NCBI RefSeq assembly: GCF_009914755.1
Contig: NC_060943.1
Strand: one strand, 5' to 3'
From: the human T2T-CHM13v2.0 reference genome, Homo sapiens
Length of the DNA: 64,000 nucleotides
Positions 12,287 to 38,255 of this stretch are shown here, one piece after another; the stretch's first letter is position 1, and each line of letters begins with the position of its first letter. The notes under the pieces were generated by a model. It searched no databases. It worked only from the letters and a program-made list of their open reading frames with translations, and was not told the origin of the DNA. The position numbers and the translations under genes are program-made.

Positions 12287-12819
12287 TTGGGGACATGCAA
12301 GGTGATGCCAGGCCTGGCAGGAGGTCTTGAATTCTAATGTTGCCCATTGCATCGCTTCATCCCCCACTTTAAAACATTCCTACTCATTGTTAGAAACCCA
12401 GCTCCAGCAACTTCTCTTCCAGGAAGCCTTCCAGCCTGCCCCAGGAGAGACCAGGTTCTCCTCTGGGCTCTCCCAGCCCATCTCCTTCTGGACCATTCCT
12501 GACCCCATGACTTTGGGGATGTCTCTGCCCAGATCCATCTCCTCAAGCTTGGGAGATCCTTCCAGGACAGAGCCTTGGGTTGAGGCCTCATGGGGCTCCA
12601 GTAGTGCACAGAACGCTGGGGTGGTGGGGGGATGGCAGTAGTGAGAGGAGACGCTGAGATGGGGGTTGGTGAATACATGAAGGAAAGAGAAGATGGCTGA
12701 GGGTGAAGCAAGAAGGAAGGGCCTGGATACTGCAGGGGCCACACAGAAGCTTGGGGGAGGAGGGGCTTGCAGGCCTCAGATGCACCACGGCATTCACCAC
12801 CAGGTGTTTCAGATGGTAC

Positions 12820-17784
<4,965 letters not shown>

Positions 17785-19078
17785 ACACTGCCCAAAGCAA
17801 TTTATAGATTCAATGCTATTCCTATTAAACTACCAGTGAGATTATTTACAGAACTAGAAAAAAAACAGTTTTAAAATTCCTATAGAACCAAAAGTGAGCT
17901 TGAATAGCTAAGGCAGTCCTAAGCAAAAAAGGTAAAGCTAGAGACATCATGTTACCTGACTTCAAACTGTACTACAGGGCTACAGTAGCCAAAACAGCAT
18001 GGTACTGGTACAAAAACAGACACATAGACCAATGGAACAGAATAGAGAGCCCAGAAATAAGGCTGCACACCTACAACCATCTGATCTTTGACAAATCTGA
18101 CACACAAAAAAACTAACAATGGAAAAAGGATTCCCTATTCAGTAGATGGTGCTGGGATAACTGGCTAGCCATACGCAGAAGATTGAAACTGAATCCCTTC
18201 CTTATACCACATACAAAAGTTAACTCAAAATGGATTAAAGACTTAAATGAAAAACCCAAAACTATGAAAACTCTGGAAGACAACCTAGGCAATACCATTC
18301 AGGACATAGACATGGTCAAATATTTCATGACAAAGAAGCCAAAAGCAACTGCAACAAAAGCAAAAATTGACACATGGGATCTAATTAAACTAAAAAGCTT
18401 TTAAACAGCAAAGGAAACTATCAACAGAGTGAACAGACAACCTACAGAATGGGAAAAAATTTTGCTAACTGTGCATCTGACAAAGGTCTAATATCTAGAA
18501 TCTATAAGAAACTTAAACAAATGTACAACAGAAAAATAAACAACTCCATTAAAAAGTGGGCAAAGGACATGAACAGACACTTTTCAAAAGCAGGCATACA
18601 TGCAGCCAACAAGCATATAATAGAAAGCTCAACATCGCTGATCATTAGAGAAATGCTTATCAAAACCACAATGAGATACCGTCTAACACCAATCAGAATG
18701 GCTGTTAAAAACGTCAAAAAAAAAAAAAACATGCTGATGAGGTTGCAGAGAAAAAGGTACACTGATACGTTGTTGTTGGGAGTGTAAATTAGCTCAATCA
18801 GTGTGGAAAGCAGTGTGGTTATCCCTCAAGGAGCTAAAAACAGAACCACCATTTGACCCAGCAATCCCATTACTGGGTATATACCCAAAGGAATAGAAAT
18901 TGTTCTATTTTTAAAAGACACATGCACACCTCTGTTCACTGCAACACTATTCACAATAGCAAAGATATGGAATCAACCTAAATGCCCGTCAATGATACAC
19001 TGGATAAAGAAACTGTAGTACATATACACCATGGAATACTATGCAGCCATAAAAAAGAACGAGATTATGTCCTTTACA
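17785..19078 (+). mobile_element. L1 (L1PA/L1P-type) ORF2 3' portion, truncated
   Basis: ORF2 peptides [21 protein letters not shown] and [14 protein letters not shown]. Confidence 0.93.
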
Positions 19079-19307
19079 GGTGTGAGCCACCGTGCCCAGC
19101 CTAACCAAAGGCTCTTTTCTGAGCCATCATTTTCCCTGGCAGGCAGTGGAACTGAGCAGATGGGCCAGTGGCCATAGTGCTGCTGCCTTGTGTGGGACCC
19201 ACCAATTGGACTGGCAGACCAGTGGGTTACTGGTCCCCATGCAGGCCCCTCGCACCATGACAGCCGAGCCCACCCAAGCTGAGGGATGCTGGAGAGATAT
19301 CCATTCA

Positions 19308-19620
<313 letters not shown>

Positions 19621-19899
19621 TCACCCACCCAGGCAGAGCAGTCAATACCATTTCTCCTCTGGTGGATGAGGGATGTCCCTTCTGCCCTCACCCCCGCAGT
19701 CTTGGGAGAACTATAGGATAACATAAGAGCCTTTGGCCAGGTGATCCCCCAGTAGTAGCTCGTTATATGAGTGCCCCAAAGCACGTCCTTGTCACCCCTT
19801 CCTGCAGTCCTTTCCCTTCTGACTCCATTTTATGTCTCCGCCAGTCATTTTATTTTCAGCCCTAAAATATGTGCAGTGTTACATTTGCTTTTAACTTTC

Positions 19900-26210
<6,311 letters not shown>

Positions 26211-26211
26211 A

Positions 26212-26420
26212 GTAGCGCTGTCAGTTTGGGAGTGAATGAAGGGGGACGGATGCAGAAATAAAGACAAAGACAAAAAGATCTGTTTTGAAAGAAGGATCAG
26301 GGGGCTCCTCGCTTCTAGTGAGCAAAGGCCCTGAGCTTCTACAGCCCTTCGTATTTAATAGATGGAAAGAGCAGGAAGGGAGAGGTAATGGTTGGTCAGC
26401 TGCTTGATTTATCACAGGGA
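26212..26420 (-). mobile_element. Partial LTR22-like (HERV-K HML-5) LTR
   Basis: gaagggggacggatgcagaaataaagacaaagacaaaaagatctg...cagggggctcctcgcttctagtgagcaaaggccctgagc. Confidence 0.65.
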
Positions 26421-26745
26421 CACGTATATCTATAACAGCCACAGGTGCTTCTGTGACCCACATTTTCCCTGGCGGGTCCTCACACTGGCTCAATAAACTT
26501 GGATGATTTGAGACTTTGCCTTGGTCATTCACTTTTGTGGTCCATGGGGGCCTGGTCATCAAAAGCCCAGTCAATGGGACATAGTCATTGCGGGCCTTGT
26601 CTGTGGTGACCTGGTCAGCCAGAGTCTTGTCAGTGAGGGGGAAGCCCGGTCAGCAGGATCTAAGTCAGTGGGGTTTTGCTCGGTGAGGAATTGGTCACTG
26701 GGGTCTGCTCAGTATGGGCCTTATCTGTAAAAATCTAGTCAGTGG

Positions 26746-27185
26746 GCCAGGCACGGTGGCTCATGCCTGTAATTCCAACACTTTGGGAGGCCAAGGTGGA
26801 TAGATCACCTGAGGTCAGGAGTTTGACACCAGTCTGGCCAACATGGTGAAACCCCACCTCTACTAAGAATGCAAAAATTAGCCAGTTATGGTGGAATATG
26901 CCTGTAATTCCAGCACTTTGGGAGGCCGAGGTGGGTAGATCACCTGAGGTCAGGAGTTTGACACCAGTCTGGCCAACATGGTGAAACCCCACCTCTACTA
27001 AGAATACAAAAAATAGCCAGGCGTGGTGGCATGTGCCTGTCGTCCCAGCTACTCGGGAGGCTGAGGCAGGAGAATCACTTGAACCTAATCAGGAAGTGGA
27101 GGTTGCAGTGAGCCAAGATCACACCACTGTACTCCAACATGGGTGACAGAGGCAGCCTCCATCTCAAAAACAAACAACAAAAAAC
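26746..27185 (+). mobile_element. AluS with tandemly duplicated left arm
   Basis: Left arm repeated with shared variants (gagtttgacaccagtctgg); TSD aaaa(t/c)ctagtcagtg. Confidence 0.92.
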
Positions 27186-27973
27186 CTAGTCAGTGGGGGT
27201 GTAGGGAGTGGTATTTTGTTCAGTAGGGGCCTGGTCACTGGGGGTCTGGTCAGCGGGATCTGAAAAGTAGAGCCTCGTTAGTAGGGGTTGGGCGGTTAGC
27301 ACCTGGTCAGTGGAAACCTCGTCATTGTGGTCTAGTCAGCTGAGGCCTGGCGGTGTGGTCCTGCTCAGTCAGCGAAGGTCTCACCATTGGAAGCATGTCA
27401 GTGTGGCCTAGTCAGCAGATCCCGGTCCATGGGATTTGGTTATTTGGGACCTGGTCAATGGGGACGTGTTCTGTGGGGACCATGTCAGCAGAGACCTGGT
27501 TGTCAGGGGTGTGGTCAGCTAATGCGGTGCCACCGAAGGACTCCCCAGTGGGGCCTACTCAGTGGGGCCCTGGTCAGTGGAGGCCTGGTTGTAAGGGGCA
27601 CTGTTGGCAGTGACCTTGTCATTGAGCTCCTGGCCAGTTGGGACCAGTCAGTGGTTTGGGTCAGTGGGGCCTGGTCTGTGGGGCCATGTCATGTGGTCTG
27701 GTCAGTGGGGCCCTGGCAGTGTGGGCCTGGTCATCAGAAGCCTAGTCAGTGGGGGGGCCTACTCACGGGGGTGTTGGTCAGTGAGGACATGGTCATTGTG
27801 GTCGGCTTAACGGGATCCATTCAATGAGGGTCAGGTCATGGAAAATCTGGTCAGTGGGGTTTGATCAGCAGGGGACTGCTCAGTGGGGATCGGACCAGTG
27901 GGGCCTGGTCAGCAGGCGGCCGGCAGTTCCTGGGGCCTGGTCAGTGGGGTCCAGCAGTTGGGACCTGGTTGAT

Positions 27974-28927
27974 TGGAGGGTCCAGCCCTACGGGACTTAG
28001 CGGGTGTTCTCCCCGTGTGCAGAGACGAGAGAGCGTAAGAAATAAAGACACAAGACCAAGAGATAAAGAGAAAACAGCTGGGCCCGAGGGACCACTACCA
28101 TCAAGACGCGGAGACCAGTAGTGGCCCTGAATGGCTGGGCACACTGATATTTATTGCATACAAGACAAGGGGCGTAGGGTCAGGAGGGTGAATCTTCTAA
28201 GTGATTGACAAGGTGAAGCAAGTCACGTGATCACAGCACAGGGGGCCCTTCCCTCTTAGGTAGCCGAAGCAGAGAGAGAGAAGGCAGCATACGTCAGCGT
28301 TTTCTTCTATGCACTTACAAGAAAGATCAAAGACTGTAAGACTTTCACTATTCCTTCTACCGCTATCTACTACAAATTTCAAAGAGGAACCAGGAGTACG
28401 GGAGGAACATGAAAGTGACCATTGGAGCACAGCACCACAAGGAGGGGTTTAGGCCTCCGGATGACTGCGGCAGGCCTAGATAATATCCAGCCTTCCACAA
28501 GAAGCTGGTGGAGCAGTGTTCCCTGACTCCTCCAAGGAAAGGAGACTCCCTTTCGCAGTCTGCTAAGTAACGGGCGCCTTCCCAGACACTGGCGTTACCG
28601 CTTGACCAAGGAGCCCTCAAGCTGCCCTTATGCACGCGTTGACAGAGGGCTCACCTCTTGCCTTCTAGGTCACTTCTAACAATGTCCCTTCAGCACCTGA
28701 CCCTCTACCCGCCAGTTATTCCTAGGTTATGTTAGTAACGCAACAAAGAGTAATATTAAAAGCTAATGATTAATAATGTTTATAATAATGATTGATAATT
28801 GTCCATGATCATCTCTATATCTAATTTGTATTATGACTATTCTTATTCTAACTATTTTCTTTATTATACTGAAACAGTTTGTGTCTTCAGTCTCTCACCT
28901 CGGCACCTGGGTAATCCTCCGCCCACA
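27974..28927 (-). mobile_element. Solo LTR13/LTR13A
   Basis: tccagccctacgggacttagcgggtgttctccccgtgtgc...taatcctccgcccaca; 6-bp TSD gttgat/gtcaat. Confidence 0.88.
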
Positions 28928-31900
28928 GTCAATAGGGGTCTGCAGCTGGGGCAAGGTCAGCGGGGATCTGATCAGTGAGACCTAGTCAGGTCTCACTGAC
29001 TGACTAGGCCCTGGGGGTTGGGGCCTGGCCAGCAAGAGTCCAGTAGTTGGGGCGTGTTTGGCGAGGGTCTCATGGTTGGGGTCTGGCCAGCGGGGGTCCC
29101 ACAGTTGGGGCCTGGTGAGCAGAGATCTGGCAGTTGCAGCCTCGTCCATGGGGGTCTGGCAGTTGGGGCCTGGTCAGCGGGGTCTGGCGGTTGGGGCCTG
29201 GTCAGTGGGGTCTTATAGTTGGGGCCTGTTTGGAGGGGGTCCAGCAGTTGGGGCCTGGTCAGAGGGGATACGGCAGCTGGGAGCTATTTGGCAGGGATGC
29301 AGCAGCTGGGACCTGGTAGGTGGGGTCTGGCGGTTGGGGCCTGGTCAGGGAGGATCAGATCAGTGCGGTCTAGGCAGTGAGGTCTGGACGCTGGGCCTTC
29401 ATCTGCATGGGTCTCGCAGTTGGGACCTGGTCAGCAGGGGTCTACCAGTTGGGGCCTGGTTGGCGGAATCAGGCAGTTGGGACCTGGTTGTCGGGGGTCC
29501 AACAGTTGGGGCCTGGTCAAAGGGGATCCAGCAGTTGGAACCTGGTCAGCAGGGCTCTGGCAGTTGGGGCCTGGTCATTGGGGTCTGGCAGTTGGGGCCT
29601 GGTCAACAGGGGTCCAGGAGCTGAGGCCTGGTTGGTGGGCCGTCTAGCAGTTGAGGCCTGGTCATCTGGGCCCGGCATTTGGGGCCTGATCGGCGGGGAT
29701 CAGAGCAGTGAGGCCTAGTCAGTGAGGTGTGGATGTGGGGGCCTGGTAAGCAGGGGCCCAGCAGTTGGGGTCTGGTCAGCAGGGGTCTCATAAGAAGAGG
29801 CCTGGTTGGCAAGGGTCTGGCAGTTGGGGCTCAGTCAGGAGGGGTCTAGGAGTTGGGGCCCAGTCAGTGGGGTCTGGCAGTTTGGGCTTGATCAGTGCAG
29901 TCCAGCAGTTGTTGGGGCCTGGTCAGTGGGGGTCCAGTAGTTGGGACATGGTCAGTGGAGTCCAGCATCCGGGCCTGGTTGGCAGGGGTCTGACAGTTGG
30001 CGCCTGGTTGGTGGGGATCCCATAGTTGGGGCCTGTCAGCAGGGATCCAGCATTTGGGGCCCAGTCAGTGGGGTTCAGCTTTTGGGGCCTGGTGAGTGGG
30101 GTTCAGCATTTGGGGCCTGGCCAGCAGGGGTCCAGCAGTTGTTAGGGCCTGGTCAGCGGGGGTCTGATTAGTGAGATCTATTTGGTGGGGTCCATCAGTT
30201 GGGACCTAGTCAGTGAGGGCCGTGAGGGCCTTGTCAGTTGCAGCCTTGTTATTGTGGCCTTTGTCAGTGGTGTCTGATGAGCCAGGGCCTGGTCTGTGGG
30301 GCCCAGTCAGCAGGACCTGGTCAGTCCACATCTGGTCAGTGGGACCTGGTCATTGTGGGGGTGGTCAGCTAGGACCTGTTCAGTGGGAGCTTAACCATTG
30401 GAAGCCTGGCCAGTGGGATCCTGGGTGATCTCAGGCCACGGGTTTGTCCTCGAAGCCTCCGTGATTGCCTCCATCCATGGGGTGGGGGGTGAGTCACAGC
30501 ACCCCAGTGGGCTTCTGGGAGGAGGAGGTGAGAGGGTGCATTGCATTGAATCCAGCCCTGCCACACAGACCTGGCACTTTACACACTACGCGAGTCACCC
30601 CAAGGGGGAAGCCTGGCTTCTGCCCTCTGCCCTCTGCCCTCTGCCCTTTGCCCTATGTCCCTGCCCCATCTGCATCCCCAGGACCACCCAGCATGGAAAG
30701 AGCAGAGGCTGAGGAGCACCTATGGGTGCTCTGATGCTGGCCACAGGCCCGGGGGTGACAGTGACAGGGATCCAGGTGCACACCTGAGTGGAGCAGCCAG
30801 GCCCAGCTGGAGGAGAGACGTGTTCACCCACACACATGCATCCTCACATACACAGACAAATTGCACGCATACATGTTGACCATTAAGCGGGCAGAGGACG
30901 CTGACCCTGGGCCCTGCTGAGCCAGGTAGGGCCCCGTCATGACAGGGGCTGTGAACCCATGCTGTCACTGTGCCAAGTGCCGCCAGCCTACCTCCGTGTC
31001 ATGGAGCAGTTGGAGACACAGAGGTGCTGTAAGTGGTTGTGCAGAAAGGACCCTTTTCTGGGTGAGAAGCACATCTCAGCACCGCTGCCTGATCAGACTC
31101 AGGAAAGCGTGACCTGCTCTCTTCCCCCCTGCTGACTTGGGGACAGTCACAACCAGGTGGGTGGCAGCTACCCGAGGAGGGTCATCCATGAGCACTCACC
31201 GGGTGCCCGTTCTATGCTGACCATGCAAACAGTCGTCTCCTTCATCCTCACGGCGACTCCATGGCGGGGTGGAGGGGTGCTTTCCTCAAATGTACCCACT
31301 GAATAGGTGAGACGCCTGAGGTCAGAGGGGCAGTAACTGGCCCAGAGACCCAGACGTGGCCCTGGGCCATGCTCTCAGCCCTGGCCTGTGCCATGCTGAA
31401 CTCAAGCCTTGACCTCTGTGACCTCCGTGTTCTGGATTGCACATCTGCCTGGGGTTTCTGACCCCAGTGGAGCTGAGCCTCGCCCTAGAAGAGCCCCCAG
31501 GATGGAGCCCCTGTGGGTGGGGTGGAGGGTGGTCCTCCGTCCAAGTCTGTGCTCTAAGGTGGGTCCCCACAGGGGGAGATCTCATCAACCCAGACTTCGG
31601 GTGCAGTCATTGGGGGTTGCTGTGGAACCCACTGGACATACTGGGTCCCTCGTCTGGGAGTGGGGTGGGGAGCCCTCTATCCTTGGGCAGTTGTGGAAAA
31701 TGACGGAGGTCCAGAGGGCTGGCCAGAAGGTAATGATCATTCCTCCTTTTCGCCAGGTCTGGGGCTTTTCCCCACGTGGCCCTTTCTCTGCCTGGTCCCC
31801 TAGAGGCCTCGCCCTTTCTTTGCCCTGACTGTTCATGGGAGGGGTCCCTCTGGGGTTCTCCAGAACCAAGTCCCCAGAGTTCTCTCATTCTTTCTTGGTG

Positions 31901-34900
31901 ATCCGGAAACACGAGGCCCCTTCCTGTATTGACAGCTCAGAACTGTGGGATCCACCATCCCTCCACCTGAGACATCTCCGTGAGCACAGAGGCTGCTTTG
32001 GCCCAAACCAAGCACCCTCCCATTTGGCTGGTATTATTCTTGATGCGACTTCTCTGGCCAGAAGGAGTGGAGATGGGGGTGAAATGGAGCAGTCACAAGG
32101 TGTCTTGTTCCCTGTAGGAAAGTGGGCCTCTTGGTGGTCCCTGAGCGATCTGGGAGGCTGAGCATATGGAGCTCTCTGGTCCCTGACCCCAGTCTGCCTC
32201 CAGGTGCCCAGGATAGCGCATCAGGAGCCCCTCACCCTTGGCAGGTGGACGCAGTTCATCCTGTGTGTGCCTGTCTCTGGGCGTCTGGGGACAACAGGCC
32301 TCTGTGTCCAGGTCCCCCTGTCAGGTGCAGAGACTCCAGAGACCCCAGCAGGCATGGGGCCACTGGGTCTTCACCCAGGGCAGTGGTGGCATGGGGCTCA
32401 CCCGGCCGGCGGTGTCTCAGAGCCCCCGGGAGCGGTTCAGATGTTCTCTGAAGCGCTCAGGTGCAGCGTTGCCTTTGGGCGATGTTGTCTCACAGGATGG
32501 ACGTGGAGGAAGACGTGGCTACCCTACTTGCACAGGAGCAGGGGGCATCATTGCCCAGTGTGAGCAGGTACAGGTCGGGCTGCTTCCTCGAGAGAGGTGG
32601 GGCCTCGCCTCTCCCACTGTGCCCTGGTGGGAGGATCCTGGGCTCCCTTAGGAAGCAGGGTGGGAGCTGGTTGCCCATGCCTTTGTGCCCCCACAGCCCT
32701 TCACCTCAGCCCCCTCACTCTGGACCCCTCTGGGTCCCAGGGACGCTGTAGGGCCCAAGGATGTGGACAGCTTACAAAGTTACCGATCGCCTCGAGATTC
32801 TGCAGTGAGTCCTCTGTCCCTGCTGCCCGACCATCACCAAACTCACCTCAGAGGATGAGTTTTGTTTTTAGAAAAGCCTCTCTGAGGCAGGACACGTCTT
32901 CCCAGCTTGGGCCAGCCTCCTTTCCAGGGTAGGAATGCCAGCTGGCTACCCTGCAGGTGGTCTGCAGCAGGCCAGAGCTGCGAGGCTCATCTAGGGATCT
33001 TGCGGGAGCAGGTGGGGATGGAGAGGCTCTCAGCAGAGCAGTCTCAAAGGCAGCATGAGAGTAGGGAACAGCCTGAGGGTCTGGCCCTGTCACCCTGGGC
33101 CCTGCCCCAGTGAGACCCGCAGGCTGTGGCCACAGGGCAAGGGGGTGCCTGGCCCAGCCTGTGGGCAGTTGTCCAGCAGGTCTCTGAGGATTCAGGGGGC
33201 CCAGCTGAGCCACCCTACAGGGAGGGGCGTGGGGGGCAGTGAGGGCCATACCCCTGGGAGGGCGGAGGGGAAGACGGGCAGGGTGTCAGCCAGGGCATGT
33301 CAGGGTGAGGGCAGGGATGCAGCAGAACTTGCAGCTGAAGGCAACCTGCCTTGGTGCTGAGAGGGAGCCTGGGTCCTGGGAAGGGGAGCCCAGCCTGGAG
33401 CCTGCCCCTCAGGAGTCACAGGACAGAGAGAGGGAGGAGCCTGGGGGAGGTTGGTTGGGGACGATCCCACGGGAGGTGCCACTTCTGGGACGCACCTGAA
33501 TGGAGCCAGCCTAGGGTGGAGCTGATGGCCTGGGGTGAACAACACATGAGGTGGGGCTTTAGCAGAGGGGCCTCAGTCAGTCCCCAGGGCTCTGCATGGC
33601 CCTCCGGAGACCCTGGCTCCCCGCTGGATCCGTCAGCACAAAGGCAGAGGGAGGAGCAGGAAGGCCGAGTAGGGGCAGGCAAGACAGTGGGGGAACAACC
33701 AGGGGCCCAGTGCATGGCTGCCACAGTGGCTCAGAGGACGGCAAGGACCGATGGATGGACGACAGCCCCGAGAGCCAGCTGAGTTTGGAGACGGGGCTGT
33801 GTGGCCATCCCGGCTGCCCGCGGGGCTCTTGCTCACCCTCGTCACCTCTGGCATCTCCCCGGCAGCACTTAGCAGCCCAGTGAGAGAGCGGTCAAGGCAG
33901 GCGTGTGGATGGATCCAGGGCCCTCTCTCAAGGGTTCTGACAGATGAGGGTCGAAGAAGGGCCAGGCTGTCCAGTCTCTGGGCCAGAGAGGATGGGCAAA
34001 GTCAAGGAACAGGCAGGGTCAGCAGCCGGGGTGCAGGGAGAGGCAGGTGTATGCTGGAAGGTCAGGCCCCACGAGGGCCCTTGGGGGCATCAAGTGGGAC
34101 AGGGCCCCGGCGCACCCTCAGTGCCCTGGGCAGGCCTCGGGCCAGTGATGTGGTCACTCCCTCGGGAAATGCTGTTGGGACCGGACCACCCACCCTGGGC
34201 CACACCCATCCCGCCTCAGGCCTGGATTTTCTGAGCTCCCGCAGAGTGTGCTGCCTAGCCCAGGAGGGGCACCCCCATTGTGCAATCCAAGCCTCGCCCT
34301 CCACAAGCCCCAGGCAGCCCCTGTTGGGTGGGCCCTAGTTCCCTCTTCTCCCAGGCCCCAGCCCCTCCCAGGCGCCAGCTGGCAGGGAAGCACCGGTCCT
34401 CCCTTCCCTGTGTGTCCCCTGGATGGAGACCTGGGGCGGGGGTGGGGGACAGGGCTGGTTCTTTCCTGGGGCCCACTAGGGGAGGAGGAGGACAGTTCCT
34501 GGCCCAGCACAGGTCCTCAGCTCTGCCTGGGTTGCCTTACAGTGAGACGTAGCTGCCACCCATCAGTGCCCTGGAAGTGAAGGTAAGAGCCTGACCCTGC
34601 TGTGTGAGTGGTTGGTCCAGGGACAGGGGGACCCAGTGGGTGGTCAGCAGGCTGTGGGCCTGGGTGGTGATGAGTGGGAGCGACAGGCTGTCCCTGGGCC
34701 TGCGGGACCTGACCTCAAGACTCTGTCCCCATGGTGGCTTGATCAAATCCTAAACCGAGAACCACAGTCGTGGCTCAGCAGTCACTGCCCACTTGTGCCA
34801 AGACCCCACCTGAATGTTGGGACCCCACCAACGCCCGGGGTGCCTGTGGCCTGAGGATGGCATGTCCCAAGTCATGAGGCCAGGACACCTGTGCTCATTC

Positions 34901-35371
34901 AGTCAGAGGGTCTCCATTCCCTGGGGCCGGCCCTTTCCTGGCTCCTTCCAGTTTGATCCTGTCAGGGCCCTGGAGCCCAGGACCCAGCATCCAAGGGGCA
35001 TCCTGGCAGCTCCACTAACTTCATCTTATTTGACAGAGAAGACATCAGGAGATGAGGGACACAGAAAAATGGCTCCAGGTGCTTCTCGACTGCCAGCGAC
35101 ATAGGAGCGGCAAGGAGGTGACATGGGGAGGGAAGGGCCCCGTGACCACTTTCTACAGAGTCAGGGTGACGGGCTCCCACGGCTGTGTCCTGGCACCCCC
35201 AGCCTCTCAGAGGGTGGACACTACACTGGGACACCAGCTTTCCTGTTCTTCCCTGCAAACCTCATCTTGCCAGGAGAGAGTCTGATGCCAGGGCCAGGGC
35301 CAGCCCTAGCTCAGGGGTAGGGACACCCCCTGGTGACCCGAAGGAAGGAGTAGGTCAAGATCAGAGTTCAT

Positions 35372-35716
<345 letters not shown>

Positions 35717-37931
35717 TCAAGCTCACTACTGGCTTGGGCATCCAAGCAGGAGGAGAAGGGTCTCAAAGGTGTCAAAGTAAGATGGAAAGAGGTCAAGGCC
35801 CAGACCCCTGGTCTAACCTGAGCTTGACCACCATTTCACAGAGCAAGTAATGACGCCCTCCTCCCAGACTTGCCCCAAAGCCCCCCAGAGCTTGGTGGTG
35901 TCCCAGGACGGTCCTCCCAGGAAACATTTTGAATAAGTTGCTGAAGTGCCTGATGGACGTGGCTCTCGTCACGAAATGAGTTTGGATCCGAGAAGCCCTC
36001 TTCTTCATCGGAAAACAGGCAGGGGTCCAATTTCCCCTCCACCTGAACCCTGTCAGAGCCCTTCCAGCTGACGGCTCCACATGTTGGGAGGGCCTCTCAT
36101 TTCAAGATGGGTCAGGGGCTTCTCAGGATTCTTTAGCCCAAACTGTGCCAGCCCACGAGGAGCACGTGTTATGAACGTCATTCCCAAAGATCCTGCGGCA
36201 CTTGGTGAACAGACGGTCCCCTTGGCTCCTTCCCAGAGGCCCTGGGTCCCATGGGCCAGGGGTAAAGGGGCGGCTGGAGCCCCTGGTGGGGCTGGCAAGA
36301 GGCTGAGTCCCAGCCAGGGACATGGAGTTCTCCATGGCTTCGGAGCTGGAGTTTCCTTTTCCTGCCCTGGAGCAGGCAGAGGCACTCAACCCGGGCCGAG
36401 CTTGGGCTGAGCAGGGCTAAGGGAAGTATGTCCCGGGGGTCCATGCAGGGGGCAGGTGTCAGGGGTGCCCCAGCCACCACCTGGTGTTCTGTCCCTCAGG
36501 GAAGGGTCTGCAGAGGGGCCTGGAATGGGGAGGTTTGGGGGCAGGCCTGGGAGCCCCAAGGACCTCTGCTGCTCCCATTAGGACAAAGATGAGCTGCGTG
36601 CCCATAATTCCACGTTTACGCTGACTCCTCCAGTGCCTCATCAATGAAGTAAGCAGGTACAGTCATACATCAGTGAAGTAAGCAGGGAGCCCCCAGCCCA
36701 GGGACCCTCCTGCCCCACAGTCCCTGCATCCCCTCCTGCCCACACTCCCTGCATCCCCCAGCCCTCCAGCCCAGGGACCCTCCTGCCCCACACTCCCCAG
36801 ATCCCCCGGATCCCCCAGCCCTGAGATCTGGCTCCCGAGGAGGACCTGGCTCACCCCCACCTGGCAGGAGGCACAGGCGTGTCCCTGCAGGGCACATAAG
36901 CCAGGCAATGCCCCAGAGGGGACATCCCACAGCAGAGGCCGGGGCTCAGCCCAGCCTCATGGGCAGACAGGGCCAGGACTCAACCTGGGAGAGCCCAGGG
37001 AAGCCCCAAGCCCTTGGGGAGCCTCTCCTTCCAGGAGCCACATCCCCACTGAAATGAGTCTCCTCCATGAGGAACTACAGGACCTCTTCTGATCCAGCCT
37101 CACAGGGGAGTGGGGTGGGGGATCTCATCCCATGGGGAGGGGTCCCTGGTGCTCCAGGGCACTGAAACCCCAATGGGCCCTGCTCAAGCCACCAGCCCCC
37201 AGCTAAGAAGGGCCAGGTCCTCCCACTCCTGTTGTTCCGAAAGACTCTCTTTGGGCTTGCCAGGCAGCTACGTTCTGGATGGCTAGCATGTACCGAAGGC
37301 ACAAAACCTCCAGAGTTGGCAGAGTTAAGTCCTGGCGTGCCCGAGGCTATCCAGGGGAACACGCGGGACAGACAGCACCCTCAGCCTGTCCCCATGACCC
37401 TCTGCTCCAGTCTGAGGGGCAGGACACCATGAGACCTCTCAGACACAGAGTCCACCCTCGACATGACCCGGATGAAAGGCAGGAGTGTGGTGAGCCCCTT
37501 CCTGCCCAGGCCTCCCCCTGGCCGTGGCCTCCTGTGCACAGCTGGACCCCAGGGGTGGCCCGAAAAGGACCCAGCACTGCCCAGTGGGAGGGGGCCATGG
37601 TGGAAACAGGGTGTGGACACCAACCTCTCCCAGGGACCCCTCCCAGCCTGATGCCCATCCTGCTCCTAGAGCATCTCATGAAGCTGTCCCAGTCCAGCCT
37701 GGGGGAGCTCATCCAGGACCAGTTCTTCTGGGCCTGGGCCCTGGAGGATGCCATGGCACTCAGGCACCTTCATGTCTCCATGGGGTTACTGATGAGGAGG
37801 CGCTGAGTCCTGCTACCCCCAGGTGGGCCCCAGTACCAGGTCCCCTCCCAAGTCACCCTCTGGGGCAGTCGGCCAGGGCCCCTACAGCCTCACTACCTGG
37901 GCCTTCCTCCTGCACCTTTTTTCCCCCTCTA

Positions 37932-38255
<324 letters not shown>

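Larger units (their letters stand above)
26540..30420 (+). repeat. G-rich satellite array 1, degenerate ~14-15-bp unit GGGGCCTGGTCAGT (HSAT5-like), interrupted by an Alu and LTR13A
   Basis: Dense repetition of cctggtcagtgggg; ~30-bp higher-order unit ggggtctggcagttggggcctggtcagc at 29020-30180. The HSAT5 name is from memory. Confidence 0.88.

Noticed and set aside
29018-30171. G/W/S-rich ORFs up to 188 aa
   Set aside because: Read-through of satellite sequence.
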